64,000 nt of DNA, taken from positions 11,966,001-12,030,000 of the forward strand of contig OZ316775.1 in NCBI GenBank assembly GCA_973851085.1, written 5' to 3'. The stretch comes from Ptychomitrium polyphyllum (lineage: Eukaryota). Position numbers and translations under genes: made by a program. The notes under the pieces are model-generated. The model did no database searches, was not told the DNA's origin, and saw only the letters and a list, made by a program, of their open reading frames with translations. Each line of letters starts with the position of its first letter. Within the stretch, counting starts at the first letter, position 1. Below are positions 52,300 through 64,000 of the stretch, in pieces.

Positions 52300-54560
52300 A
52301 GAATGCCATATATCAATCACGTTGAAACTAATTATATAGTAGCACATTAGTTGCTCTTTTTTCTTCTCACTACACATAAAATAGTGATCCATGGCAATTT
52401 ATGGTAGCATCAAATTCCAATCTTTATAATTTCTACAAAAACAATCCATATTTCTATAAACCATATCACAAAGATATTTTTAATCAACAAAGAACATATC
52501 ACATAAGTAGTCATATTATCTTTCATTCTACAAAAGAAAAATCCAAGTGTACAAGGGTAAAAAAAAGTTTAAAGATGCATTAAATGATTGTACACCATTT
52601 TCAAGCAAAATTCTACAAGATCTTCTTTTTTTCCAAAACAACACTTATAAGATTTAATTTAGCAAAAAATGACAAACCAAAAGAATCTTTTCACATAACA
52701 CTTATTTCAAGATCTAATTGGTATAAGCATTCAACTAATTTGGAATTTATACTAATTAAATCAAAACTTCCTAAATCAATTCAATGCAAATTGCATCTAT
52801 TTGACGTGACTTAGCATTTGATAATACATTACGTAATAATCTACAAAGCTAATCCATTTACCTTACAATGACTTCTTAAAATGATCCATTGGTTTTATTA
52901 AACAAAAGACACGACTTTTCAAAAGAACCATCAAATTTCTTCCCTTAATTTGTCAACATCCAAGTAGGTGCTTCAAAATATGCCAAAACACAATTAAAAC
53001 TAATTAATTAATTAATTAGCTACGCCAAAAGAAGCTCTTCAATTTAGCCTTGGAATTAATATGCATTTAGCTCCATCCGGCTATACAATAAATAATAAGC
53101 CATCTTTTGAACAGAACTTAGCTACTTGGTAGCTAATTATATCTCATTTCATAAGCAGAGATAGCTAAATGATATTTTCCTTGTTGAAATTTGTACATAA
53201 CAACAAGGTCTTTTCACATATTGATAATAATTTGGAATTTACTAGGTTCATTATCAAAGCCCGCATTATGTGCCTCAAATACAAAGCTTGAGATTCAAGT
53301 AAGGTATGCTGTTGCATACAATATAAAAATTGCTTTTTTATCACAATCTCCATGCCATTTGGTCTCAGCCAGGTCCTCGTCTAAAAGACTTCAATTGCAA
53401 GAAAATTCATCTCCATCAATATTGGTGATGTTTGTCCAAAGTACAACTTCAAAATCATATTCTTAGAACAACAACGCCTACTTAGCAAGTTTACTAGTAA
53501 ATTTTTTTAACTCCGTAAAGGTCATTAGTTAGTTATCAAAGTATATTGTTGCTCATACAAATAACATTAGAAGTAGTCAATGGCTCAAATTATCACCAAC
53601 AATTTTCTTTCACACATTAACATTTTTTTTAGAAAAAAATACAATGACATATTCTCCTTCTTCTCCTTCTCATCATTCTTTTAAACCAAAACCGCTCCTA
53701 ATTCTACTATACTCTAATCAATGTGCAACTAAAAGGATTTGATAATATTTGGACATGAAGTTATGGAGTTGAATCTAAATTCTGCTTCAATGTATCAAAT
53801 GCTTGATGTTACTCATGGTCTCAAGTCCATGGTTGATTTTTATTTTTAATAATAATAAAAGCTCTATTATTCAAACTAAAGTTCTTGACAAATCAAAAAT
53901 AATAATTTTCTAATCCAAGAAGCACAGAGCTATAAGGCAAGACTTTGTAAAATAATCATGTGGCTTAAGTATAGTAATCAATTGTGGTAAAATTTACACT
54001 TTTCAAGTTGTAAAAACAATCTTTATTACTATAACTACTCAAACACTACTTATAAATGCTTCATATATTCTTTTATGCTCCTACTAAGGATGATGAAATC
54101 ATCAATGTAGCATTTAGCAAATGAAAAGCTAACTAAAAATTAGTCCATTACCTTTAGAAACTTTGATGCATCTTTGAGACAAAATAAAAAAAACTTCTAA
54201 TGATAGAGCTGATCTTTGCTAGTTCGGATGATTTTTTAAGATTATGTCTTCACCAATTTTTTGTAAATAGTGGCAATTGATAATAATTAGATTGTAAATC
54301 CAAAATATTGAAAACTTGAAAACATCCCGTTGCATTAAATAATTTCTCTTGCATTGGCATCAAATATTGGTCCAACTTGGTCTTACAATTAAATAAACAA
54401 TAATTTCTATACATCCACTTTTCTTACAAAAATTTAATCACCAAGTCACTAAAGTTGAATGTTGAAAAGGAATATTTCAAGTGAATTTAACAAATCAAAA
54501 TAAAAAACTTTCAATTCATTGGCAAGTGACTAAAAAAGAAATAACAAAGATAATCAAAGT
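52300..54560 (-). mobile_element. Decayed Ty3/gypsy pol (RT-RNase H-integrase)
   Basis: Minus-strand remnants MPMQEKLFNA (~54340) and FCLKDASKFLKVMD (~54160), both RT motifs; EYDFEVV (~53450, end of RNase H); pol-like sequence continues downstream. Confidence 0.75.
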
Positions 54561-55974
54561 ATTTTTCATTCCACTATAGGAAAAATTCAAAAGTACAAAT
54601 TATTAAAGAAAATTAATGCTTAATTAAATGATTGAATCTCTATTTCCAAGGAAAATTCTACTAGAATCTATTTCTACAAATAAACCTATAAGATTTAATT
54701 TAGCAAAGAATGCAAGGCTAGAGGAATCTCTGTCTTTAACACTTCTTCCAAATCCTAATTAAAAAAATTTAAATTTCTAAAAACTTCTAAATAAAACACA
54801 TCACATCCATTTGATGTGATTTGGCATCCAATGCTACATCTTATGATATAATACTTTAGTAAAAAATATTTTGATGATGCTTGTTATGTTTAATATATAA
54901 TTCTTTTACTTTTAAATTTAAATATTCTTAATATAAAAATCCATGCTACCTTTTGATGGATTTTTGCTATGACTAAATTTAATTCTAAAAGTTTGTTTAA
55001 ATTTTTTAAAATATATTGATCAATATTAATCTTCTATATGTGCTTTTTATTTTCATGCCTTAGATTTTAAAACAAAGTTTTCATTTCTGATTGATGATTA
55101 AATCTTTCATTTTAATTTTTCTATGAATATAAATATTAACTAATCCATGTGAAGTTTTATAAAAATCTTAGTAATCTCATTGGCTATTATTTTCAATCAA
55201 AAGTTTGATACCTTACCTACCAAGGCCTTGCAATAAAAGCCATTGATATCATATAGCTACTAACTACTAAGAGAGAAGATGCTTTGTTTCAAGGCTGAAG
55301 AATTTTTTTTGATATCCTTTAAAAAGAAGGGTTGAGGACTTTGGAATAATAGGAATTCCTTTGTTTTAAGAATGAAGGGATATGTTGAGGTAGAGAATAA
55401 ATTCTAAAATGGGGTTTGAAAGCCTCTTCTACAATGGAAAAGCTCTTTATAATAAAATATTAAAAAATGGAATTAATTTAATGGTAGAGTTTAGCCTTGC
55501 CAAGGCTGAGGTTGAGGATTCAAGTTCTTTTTTCCAATGTAATCAATATTACTTGGCCGATAGAAAGGCCCTAGAAGACATCATTTGGCCTGTAGTCTTG
55601 CGCTGCGGTGGGCTTATTGCCACAGTTTAATAAGTTGACATTTGGTGCTGTGATTACATTATTTGCATAACAAATGATGAAGCAGAAAACGGTACAAAGA
55701 ATTATTTGAGCCAGCGTTGCAATCAGTGGCTGCTAAAGATTCTTGTGACTTATAAAGATAGATGTATTCTACTATTACAAGAAAAATACAAGGTTCTTTT
55801 TACCTAGGTCCAATATAATATATTGAGTATTTGCCTAATTACACCATTTATTCATTTTAATAATTTAATAACCAAAAAATAAGTCATGAACGCAAAGAAA
55901 TAAGTAAGTTATGGATGCACTATGGTTTTTTTTGTAGAAATCAAGTTGTTCCTCAGAAACCATTTAAAAATACT

Positions 55975-56047
55975 TGGTGGGAGTAAGATTCAAACTTACG
56001 ATATTCAGATTATGAGCCTAATAAGTTAAAAATTACTCTATTCCACA
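55975..56047 (-). pseudogene. trnfM: Decayed organelle-type initiator tRNA-fMet(CAU), probably mitochondrial in origin
   Basis: Minus strand TGTGGAATAGAGTAATTTTTAACTTATTAGGCTCATAATCTGAATATCGTAAGTTTGAATCTTACTCCCACCA folds as a cloverleaf: T-stem GTAAG/CTTAC, anticodon arm TTAGG-CTCATAA-TCTGA (CAT), 1:72 mismatch typical of fMet. The D-loop GG and the T-loop C are lost. Confidence 0.72.
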
Positions 56048-57834
56048 TACATAATTAGCTTTTATTCAACAACATTGCAAAATATTTATTTTTGCACAAC
56101 AATTCCTTGCTTGTCCCAAGTATAATGTTTTTATTAAAAAAAAATGTAAGTTTTTTATTGCAAGTTTCTATGATGAATTACCCATAGGTGCCAAGTGTTG
56201 CATATTGATATTGGCAAGCTTAGTTCTCAAGGACCTTTGGCCTTGCGATTGATTGTTCATCACTTTTAACAATGTTTAATGGATGTTGTCTAGGCTTGAG
56301 TTATGTCTTCCAAAATTAGTAAATTAGTACATATAGCTTGTGATGTATTTAATTTTAAGGGTTGTAATAAAACCACAATTTTTATTTGTCTTAGAGGTGG
56401 ATTCGCATCTTGTCTTAGCTCAAGATGATTAGGCTGGTTGACTGTAGTTTTTTCAAATCCAACAAATCCAACAAGAATCAAACTCGGACCGCTTCAGCAG
56501 CTAGAATTTATCTAGTCAACCAAATTCATGACTTGATGTCCGATCCTACCTTGACAATGGTTTTATTCTTAACTTGTTTTTTGTTGAATTTCAATTTTTT
56601 TCCTACTTTCTTCAAGACAAAACAAATGTTTAGCGACTAAACAAAAAAGATACTTTTGGTAAGAACAAGACCCATTGTATTATCCAACATGAAAAAAGTT
56701 CCCCAAAAAGTAGAGCTAAAAATGCATTTTTTTTCTTTATTTATTTTCATTTTCAATTTTATTTTCCAAATTTCTGGGAGACTTGTCATATTTAGAATCT
56801 TTCTGTGGAGGGAGTGACAAGTGCTGTGAATGCAGCTGCTTGATATGCCTACTGCCCAGTATTAGATTCTGTGGTTGTAGTTGCTGAGTAGGTAGAAGGT
56901 ACTGGGGTGGTCACATACTTCACATGAAATCAATGGTCATGCCATCCACCTGATTTGGAAAACATAACTTGTGATAATTTGGTGCCAACTCCTAGAGTGG
57001 TTGGTCCTATCCTGGGTTGACTTTAGAGTCAACTGTAGGACTTAAGTCATCTTACTTGCATTGTTGTTTGTGAATGTCAACACTTTCTCATATATGATCA
57101 TCGTTTAATGTATGCCTGTAAGCAACAACTTAACACAAACCAAAGTTTTGAACTGCATCATGCAGTAGTACTGTATTCTGTATTTATCCAACCATTATTC
57201 TAAGAAGATTTTCTTAAATATCCATACCAGGATGAGATTTAGCAGCAGTGGCTAAATTCAAGTGTTCCAACTTTTAAGCTGAATGTTGGTGGGCTCTCAA
57301 ACATTACTCATCATTCTGATGATGATCTTAATGGTCATTATCATAAACCATAGATTTCTATGAACCTTACAACTTCAAAATGAATGTTAATTATGAATGA
57401 TCATGAATAATTGCATTTTCAAATATAAATGGTAAAATAGGATCTTTGTCATAAATAGTACATATTTTTAAATAATTAAATAAAAAGTTATTTTTGAAAC
57501 CAACAAAAAGAACATGATATTGATCAATAGAATGTTTTATGTACAATAGTGTTTTTAGTTATTATAAACAACATAAAATTTCAAAAAATCAATGGTATAT
57601 ATGTTTTTAGAATATAAAGAAAAAAATCAAATAATTAAATTCTATAATATTTCAATAGATATTTATTTCTAATAGAATCTTGTGTTGAATGTTAATGGAT
57701 TAAATAAAATCTTAAACAATAAAATGAGAGTGTATTTTTAATGAGTTTTGAAATTGTATACTTTTAAAAATAACTTTTTGACAATTTCATTGTTATGTAA
57801 GGATACATACACTTCATTTGCTATGGGGTTGAAA

Positions 57835-58070
57835 TAAAAAAAAACTAGAAAAAAACTAGACAAGGGGAGAAAGATATGGACAAGAAAGATGAATGAAAGA
57901 GGTGGAGATGGATGGATGGAGATGGAAGAGCAAAAGAATTGTGTTTTGGAATGGATATAGAAAGAAATGGATTATCAAAGAAAGAAGGAGAGAAAAAGAA
58001 TATTGGAAAAAAAAGAAAAAAAAGAAAGAGATGAATTGAAGGAAAAAAAAGAAAAGAGATAGACTTGGAA
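57835..58070 (+). repeat. Purine (A/G)-rich low-complexity tract
   Basis: Strongly A/G-rich on the + strand (gaaagaagga gagaaaaagaa...). Confidence 0.7.
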
Positions 58071-59562
58071 GTAAGTTTAGTGATTTTTCTACTTCAAGGT
58101 TTTTTTGCTTTATTCTTCATGCTTTTCATTATTTCTTTTCATTATTTTTTGCTATGCATTATGGTTTTCAATTTCTAATATCATATTGTTTTAACTTTCA
58201 AATGTTTATAAACCAAATTCATGGTTTTTTTTATTCCAAACTTCCGAATTTTAGTATTTCAAATTTCCAACTTTTAAATTTTCATTTAAATTTTTTTGAC
58301 ATTCTAAAATTTGACATATTTATTCAATTTCAAAATATGAAAGTTACATTTGCATATGGTGATGTTCAATTATGTGAAGGATTACATTGCACATATAACA
58401 ATAATAGTAGTTGCTTATTTGACCAAAAATTCTTGTATTAAATTATAAGTTTTGAAATTTGAATTCAAGACTAATACAAACTATGTTTTTAATTGTATTT
58501 CCATCTTAATGATAGTAAAATTTTGCAAAATATTAACAAGATTAATTATTATTTTTTAATGTATCAAATTCATTATTCTCAAATGTTATTGAATCTTTGA
58601 ATCATTAATGAACACTTTAAATTTAACTTAATATATTCAGTAGATGTCTAAATACTTTTAATTTTAATTTATATATTATTGATGAACTGTTTCTTTTGTA
58701 CCAAAATTGAATCACCTTTCTAATTTGAAAAGAACAATTTCCTAATTTTAATAGAAACAAGTTTTGTACAATATTCCAATGCCTATTTTAAAATTTAATA
58801 TATTTAACACTTTGCTGTATTTTTGTAAATATATAATTGGATTTTGAGTTCATTTCCATATAATAATTTAAAAAAAATTAAATACTTATTCAAAACTTTA
58901 TATATGACATATTGTCAAATTATTTATAAATTAGTGGATTTTTTTGCAAATGTTGTATTTTAAAATGAAACATAAACATCAATTATATCCATTTGTTTAA
59001 AAATATTATATTGCAAAATATCAAAAATGTGTAAATAGATAGGTAGATAAATAGGAACACTTGCCATAGCTACTTGTAATAACAAAATGTTTGTAACATC
59101 CTTCATTGGATCTTCTATTATACACACCATGTTTCAAAGCTATAATTCATTTAAAAATAGTTGCATCATCTAAAAATACAATCCTATTGTTAAACTGTGT
59201 TCAAAGAAAGATTGAAGGATTTTTTGGGCTAAAACATTGAACTAAACTCATGCTTTCAATGCATTTGTTGCTACATGCTTTCACTATCATTTGTTGTTTG
59301 TGAAGGTGAATTATTTCAACTTCTAAAAAAGTGTTTTGAAAACATGTCACTAAATATCATTTATTATAATATACCAATAATTGATGGGTTTTTCTATGAT
59401 ATTTAAATATATAGCTTTATGGAAATAGATAACAAATAGATATTATTTGAAATACTTTTCTTTCTTTTCATTACATTTATATCTATCTTATTACGTGTTA
59501 TTTGCATATGTCTAACCTTGATTTGGTGATCATTGCTATCTTGTTTGTGGTTTGCCTTTGCA

Positions 59563-60050
59563 GGGATTGCAGAAGCTCTTACATGGAATACATGCTTTCC
59601 TGCTTGCCAAATATTGACGCCTTGAGGATCATTTTCTCTCACTACTGGATGTGACGTGAGGATGCTGACAAGAGATTCATGGGCCATCTTAGAATCTTCA
59701 AAGATGCATTTTGTAGATCCAGGCCGGCCTTGAGTGTAGAGGTTGAAGGTGAATGGATGGGCCCCTTGCTCTTGGCTGACAATCTTGACAAGCAATTGTG
59801 TATGTTCAAGATATTTGCAAAAGCAAATGTGAATGTTCAAGCTATTTGCAAAAGCAAATTCCAAATCTGTGTTCAATGATCACAAGGTTGAGGTCCATTG
59901 CCGGTGAAGGGCAAACTTCAAAACAAGCTTTGGGAGCATCTGTTTTATGTGTACAGATGTTCACACATGAATTCTTCATGTTTAAGACCTCCCTTCATGC
60001 TGAGACAGTTGAAGTTTGGAAGGATCTGAAGCACAGATACATCATGAATG
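59563..60050 (+). mobile_element. C-terminal relic of a second hAT-type transposase (ZNF862/C17orf113-like lineage), internally deleted
   Basis: IDALRIIFSHYW..EDADKRFMGHLRIFKDAFC...LLLADNLDKQLCMFK.FAKAN, then KGKLQNKLWEHL / VLCVQMFTHEFFMFKTSLHAETVEVWKDLKHRY. These resemble recalled bryophyte hAT C-termini (K.KLRNRL..HL.L.VRMF). Contains a 31-bp tandem duplication at 59797-59858, stops and frameshifts. Confidence 0.6.
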
Positions 60051-63000
60051 AGGTGCAACAGGAGCTTCCAGCCTGCCCCTCTTCCATCTCTGATAATGTC
60101 ATCCTTGTATTGGCACTCTTGGAGACAAGTGTGTGATATTGCTTATAGAATGTGGGAGAAGTAGGTCAGGTTGTAGGGAGATTAGAATGAGGACTGCAGT
60201 TGGGATGTTGATGTTAGAGTTATCTTCTAGCTTTTCAAACGATTGCACTCAGAAATTAGATTTTCTCATTATTGATCATTTACCATAGACAACATTTTTG
60301 TTTTGGATTTCTATCTTATGTTTCCATGCGCTTTGCAAGCTTGGGCAAATCTACACTTCACCATCTACTCTGTTCTCTTTGTTGTATGTGTTCAATTTGC
60401 AATTCTAAGTAAGAGCATTAATGTGCTCCTGAGTGTAAGGTTAGTTAAATTGTCACATTTGCATTTCAGCTGATCCTAGCTTAACCAATCTTGTTCTAAT
60501 TTTCCTTACAATCTGCCAAAAAAATTCGGTCCCCTATAGTAACATTAAATTTGCCACAGTTAGCAGCATGAAAACTTGTAAATTAGCATGAGTTCTTGAG
60601 ACAAAAGTTTCTAAGATAGTCTGAAATCTCCTTTCTGCGTTAGCATTTGTAAGCATTAGAAAATTTGGAGTAGCTAGGATTGTAAGTCCTCTGTGAGTCT
60701 GGCTTTTCCTCTATAGGCCCTGACTTCCAAAAACTTGGTGATTGAATGCACATTTGCCTGGGTAGGGATAGCACAGAAATCATGTGACGGCTTTGCTCAG
60801 TCTGACCTACTATATGAGTTTTCTGACCCAGGCTGCCAGTGCACCTGCTCCGCAAATTACAATTGCTGACAGAATTTGTCGTTTTACGGATTCAGCCGGA
60901 TGTTTAACAGACATGGCCATGGAGAAGGTTCAAGTAAATTGTGGTGTGGGACACAGGGCTCAAGAGAACATAGCCTTTGAACTGCACAACAACATTGACA
61001 TGACTTTTGCACATCCCAAAGTCCAAAATCATATCTAAGTTGAACTATAACAGTGCAATTTGCATAAGAATTCCTCCTTTTTACTGCCACTATAGGTAAC
61101 TGTTGGTAACTTATGGAAGCTGCCAAACAGACTTGATTATTTACAGTCAATACAATTGAGAAGTTGACAACATCTTACTATATCATTTCAATTCTCATTT
61201 GTGCAAAGGGGCAGAGTACAAACTAGTACTACACAGTGGTAGTGACCCATTTGAATCATTTTATCAATTCTTTCTAGAGAAACTTTTTAATGAAAATTTA
61301 AGAATTTTGTGTGACTCATGTCATTAGCTAAATGCACTTCGTATCATTTATTGTTGATTTCTTATTTTTTGAGATGAAGATGAATTGATTTAATACCACA
61401 GTATGTAACTTAAAATTTAGAAAGATCATATACTACACAACATCAAATGATATACCAACAGTTTTCTTGAAGGAACCTTCTCATCAACCCTCGAAGACTG
61501 GTTTGAGAAGTTTTGAGCCTAACATGAGAAGATTAGTTTCATTTGCAATGAAGCTCTTTTGAATCCAACAGCATTCCAGTGTCCAGTGTCTGGTGGGTAG
61601 AAATAACAAACTTTACATGACATCATCATTGTCACACATGTTTGTGATGGACAACATGATTCAGATACAAGTTGGTTGATTGAAGTACTAAGTAGTAAAT
61701 GGATGAATTCACAAAATTACTTTGAAATTCAACAGCAACCTGTGATAATCTTCATGGTCCTGGAATAATGAGTTTCACTAAGTATTTGCAAACTCATAGT
61801 CTATACCTTTGTGTTTTTCTGTACATTTAAGGAAATTTTATTATTCTAACTTAAAGTCTCCAAAACCTGTGCCAATATTCAATGATATTATCCAATGCTT
61901 TGTTGTATCAGATGTTCACAGGATGAACTCCAACTCCTATTCTAATGCAGGTGTTGTAAATAGAGAGTTTGCCACACTTACATTAACCATTAAAGGGATT
62001 GTAGACATGTTGGTGTATTTTTTGCAAATTTTTTTTGATAGATATTTCCAAATTAGAACTTCAAAAGACCATTAAAACCATGTGGACATTGAAATTATTT
62101 GTTGAATTTCCCAAACATAATCTCAATTACCTATTTCATGAACCAAGAGATTTTTTTTTTAAAAACTCAGAGAAAAATTTAAAAATCATTAGAACCTCAC
62201 TTCTAAAGAATTTTGGTTGTGTATTTGTACTTTTGGAGTGAAAAAGGATTGTGTATGTGATGCATGGGGTCCAGCCTGCACATGGTGCTACAAAAGCAGC
62301 ACTTGGAGAATTGCCCTTCCAGAAGGAGGGGTGGTGGTGGAGAGAGGAGGCCATGGGGTTGACTTGCCATACAAAAGAGAATGGTATGAGGCCTTCTTGT
62401 TTTGGTCGTGTATTTTGAAGTTGGAGGTAAGTTTTTAGTACTTTTAAAAAACTTAATACATGGTGAAACACACTTACTCAATGGATAATTCTATAAAATT
62501 CAATTTAATTTTGATCTTAAATCTATAAAAAAAATATGCAATCATTTTAGGCATATCAAAACGTTATTGCATAGTTTTGATAAAAATTGTTATTTTGAAC
62601 TTTTAAAGCTTACTTCTTAACATGGTCTAAGCTATAATCTGCATATGGCATAGTATCTATGAAATGAGTTTATTATAATCTCATTATAAAATTTCTATGA
62701 TATTAAAAAAATAATAATTTACAATTTGATTTTAAAAGCCTTGTACTTGAAAATTCATTGAAAATTTAAAGTGTCTTAAAATTCTAAAAGTTTCAAGGAA
62801 AGTGCATTATATGTTGTAGATTCTACAAAGAAATTTCACTATAAAGTTGCTATCTTAAAAGATTTTATGGCTTATCAAGTGCTATTAAATGCTATATTTG
62901 TTAAGGCTATAAATGACTTGGTCATTAAAAGAAAAAATTAATTATTTATACAAAATCAATTAATCCATACTACTAACACTTCATCAAAATAACTTGTTGG

Positions 63001-64000
63001 CTTTTGTGCATTGTAATGTATTTTAACATAGGCTTCATAATATTCCATTATAAAAAAATCATTATAAAAGAGGTAGAATTAAAGGCTTTTGTTATATATG
63101 CCAAATTTACATATCATGTTTTTAATAATCAATAGGTGATTCAAAAATTTGGAAATTTGATATAAAACAAAATTTGTTAAAAGAAAGATAATGGACTTTA
63201 ATGAAGATTTTTTTTGACAAGATTTTTTTTTAAAAACATCATAACATTTGTAAGGGTGGCAATGACCTCACTATGTAAAGATAATGCATTCAATATATGG
63301 TAAAAATAGTAAAGCCTATTTAATAACTATAATATGACATGTGCTACATCTAATACATATTCTTAAATTACTTGTAGATTTGATTAGATATTTTTGAAGG
63401 TCTAATATGGCTTGATATTTCTATGACATTCATGATATTGTAACATCTATAATAACTTTGATGATTGTAGAATAGTAAATTTCATTACATTCATGCAAAC
63501 TCATAATCTATTTTGAGCACAATTTCATGCTTCGAAAATTCTATACTTTGTCTATCAAAGCTGTATTGAAACTTTAAATTTTTTTAAAAGTTATTTGTAA
63601 ACAAGATCCTTTTCTTATCTAAAATATTAGCTATAATTTATTTCCTTTTTCACTCTATTTTAGTTTATGATTTGAGCATATATCTTAGTACAAAAAAGAT
63701 TCAACCACTTAATTGGAACTCACATTTAGTGCAAGAATTTAAGATCACTCACCCATTTTTTGAAGAAATCAGGATGAATGTACGAATAACTCTAATAAAT
63801 ACTTACATATTCAGCTACTGTAGTATTTCTCTCACCTGAATTATATGCATGATTCAGCGTTGAGTCTTCAAGAGCATGTCAGAATGACATTTCTGACATA
63901 CCAGTAGATGATGAATGAACTTGTTTAAATAGTCAAAAATTGCTGTATCCTATTGCAGAATTGCATGTGATATTTCATCTGTAGCAGAAAATCAATTTGC

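Noticed and set aside
60784..62481. Short ORFs at 60784-61038 and 62217-62438
   Set aside because: Exon-like composition but no identifiable protein or consistent gene model.

Overview
This is eukaryotic, intron-containing plant nuclear DNA, most consistent with a moss (Physcomitrium-like); the organism is an inference from gene content, GC-rich 5' gene ends and decayed AT-rich TEs. Six spliced protein genes can be assembled by hand: a BET/GTE bromodomain-ET factor (+, 18.8-23.2 kb), a secreted EGF-like protein with a probable GPI signal (-, 25.5-27.4 kb), an LEA_2/NDR1-HIN1-like protein (+, 36.3-37.5 kb), an RNF32-like double RING-H2/IQ protein (-, 39.7-42.4 kb), a DUF4598/NOPCHAP1-like protein (-, 42.9-43.9 kb) and TRAPP subunit TRS33/TRAPPC6 (+, 46.0-47.5 kb). 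Between them lie decayed Ty3/gypsy pol regions, two unrelated hAT transposase relics, a probable solo LTR, an importin-beta C-terminal pseudogene and a decayed organelle-type initiator tRNA-Met. The most striking structure is a ~340 bp inverted duplication with a near-identical ~300 bp core. It gives the two unrelated, divergently oriented genes (NOPCHAP1-like and TRS33) the same putative 5' leader exon, telo-box and first intron. A ~3.5 kb GC-rich, strand-skewed region with many splice-like sites but no credible ORF (11.9-15.4 kb, - strand) is a candidate lncRNA locus. No CRISPR arrays or prokaryotic systems were seen. All family assignments come from recalled motifs, not database searches.
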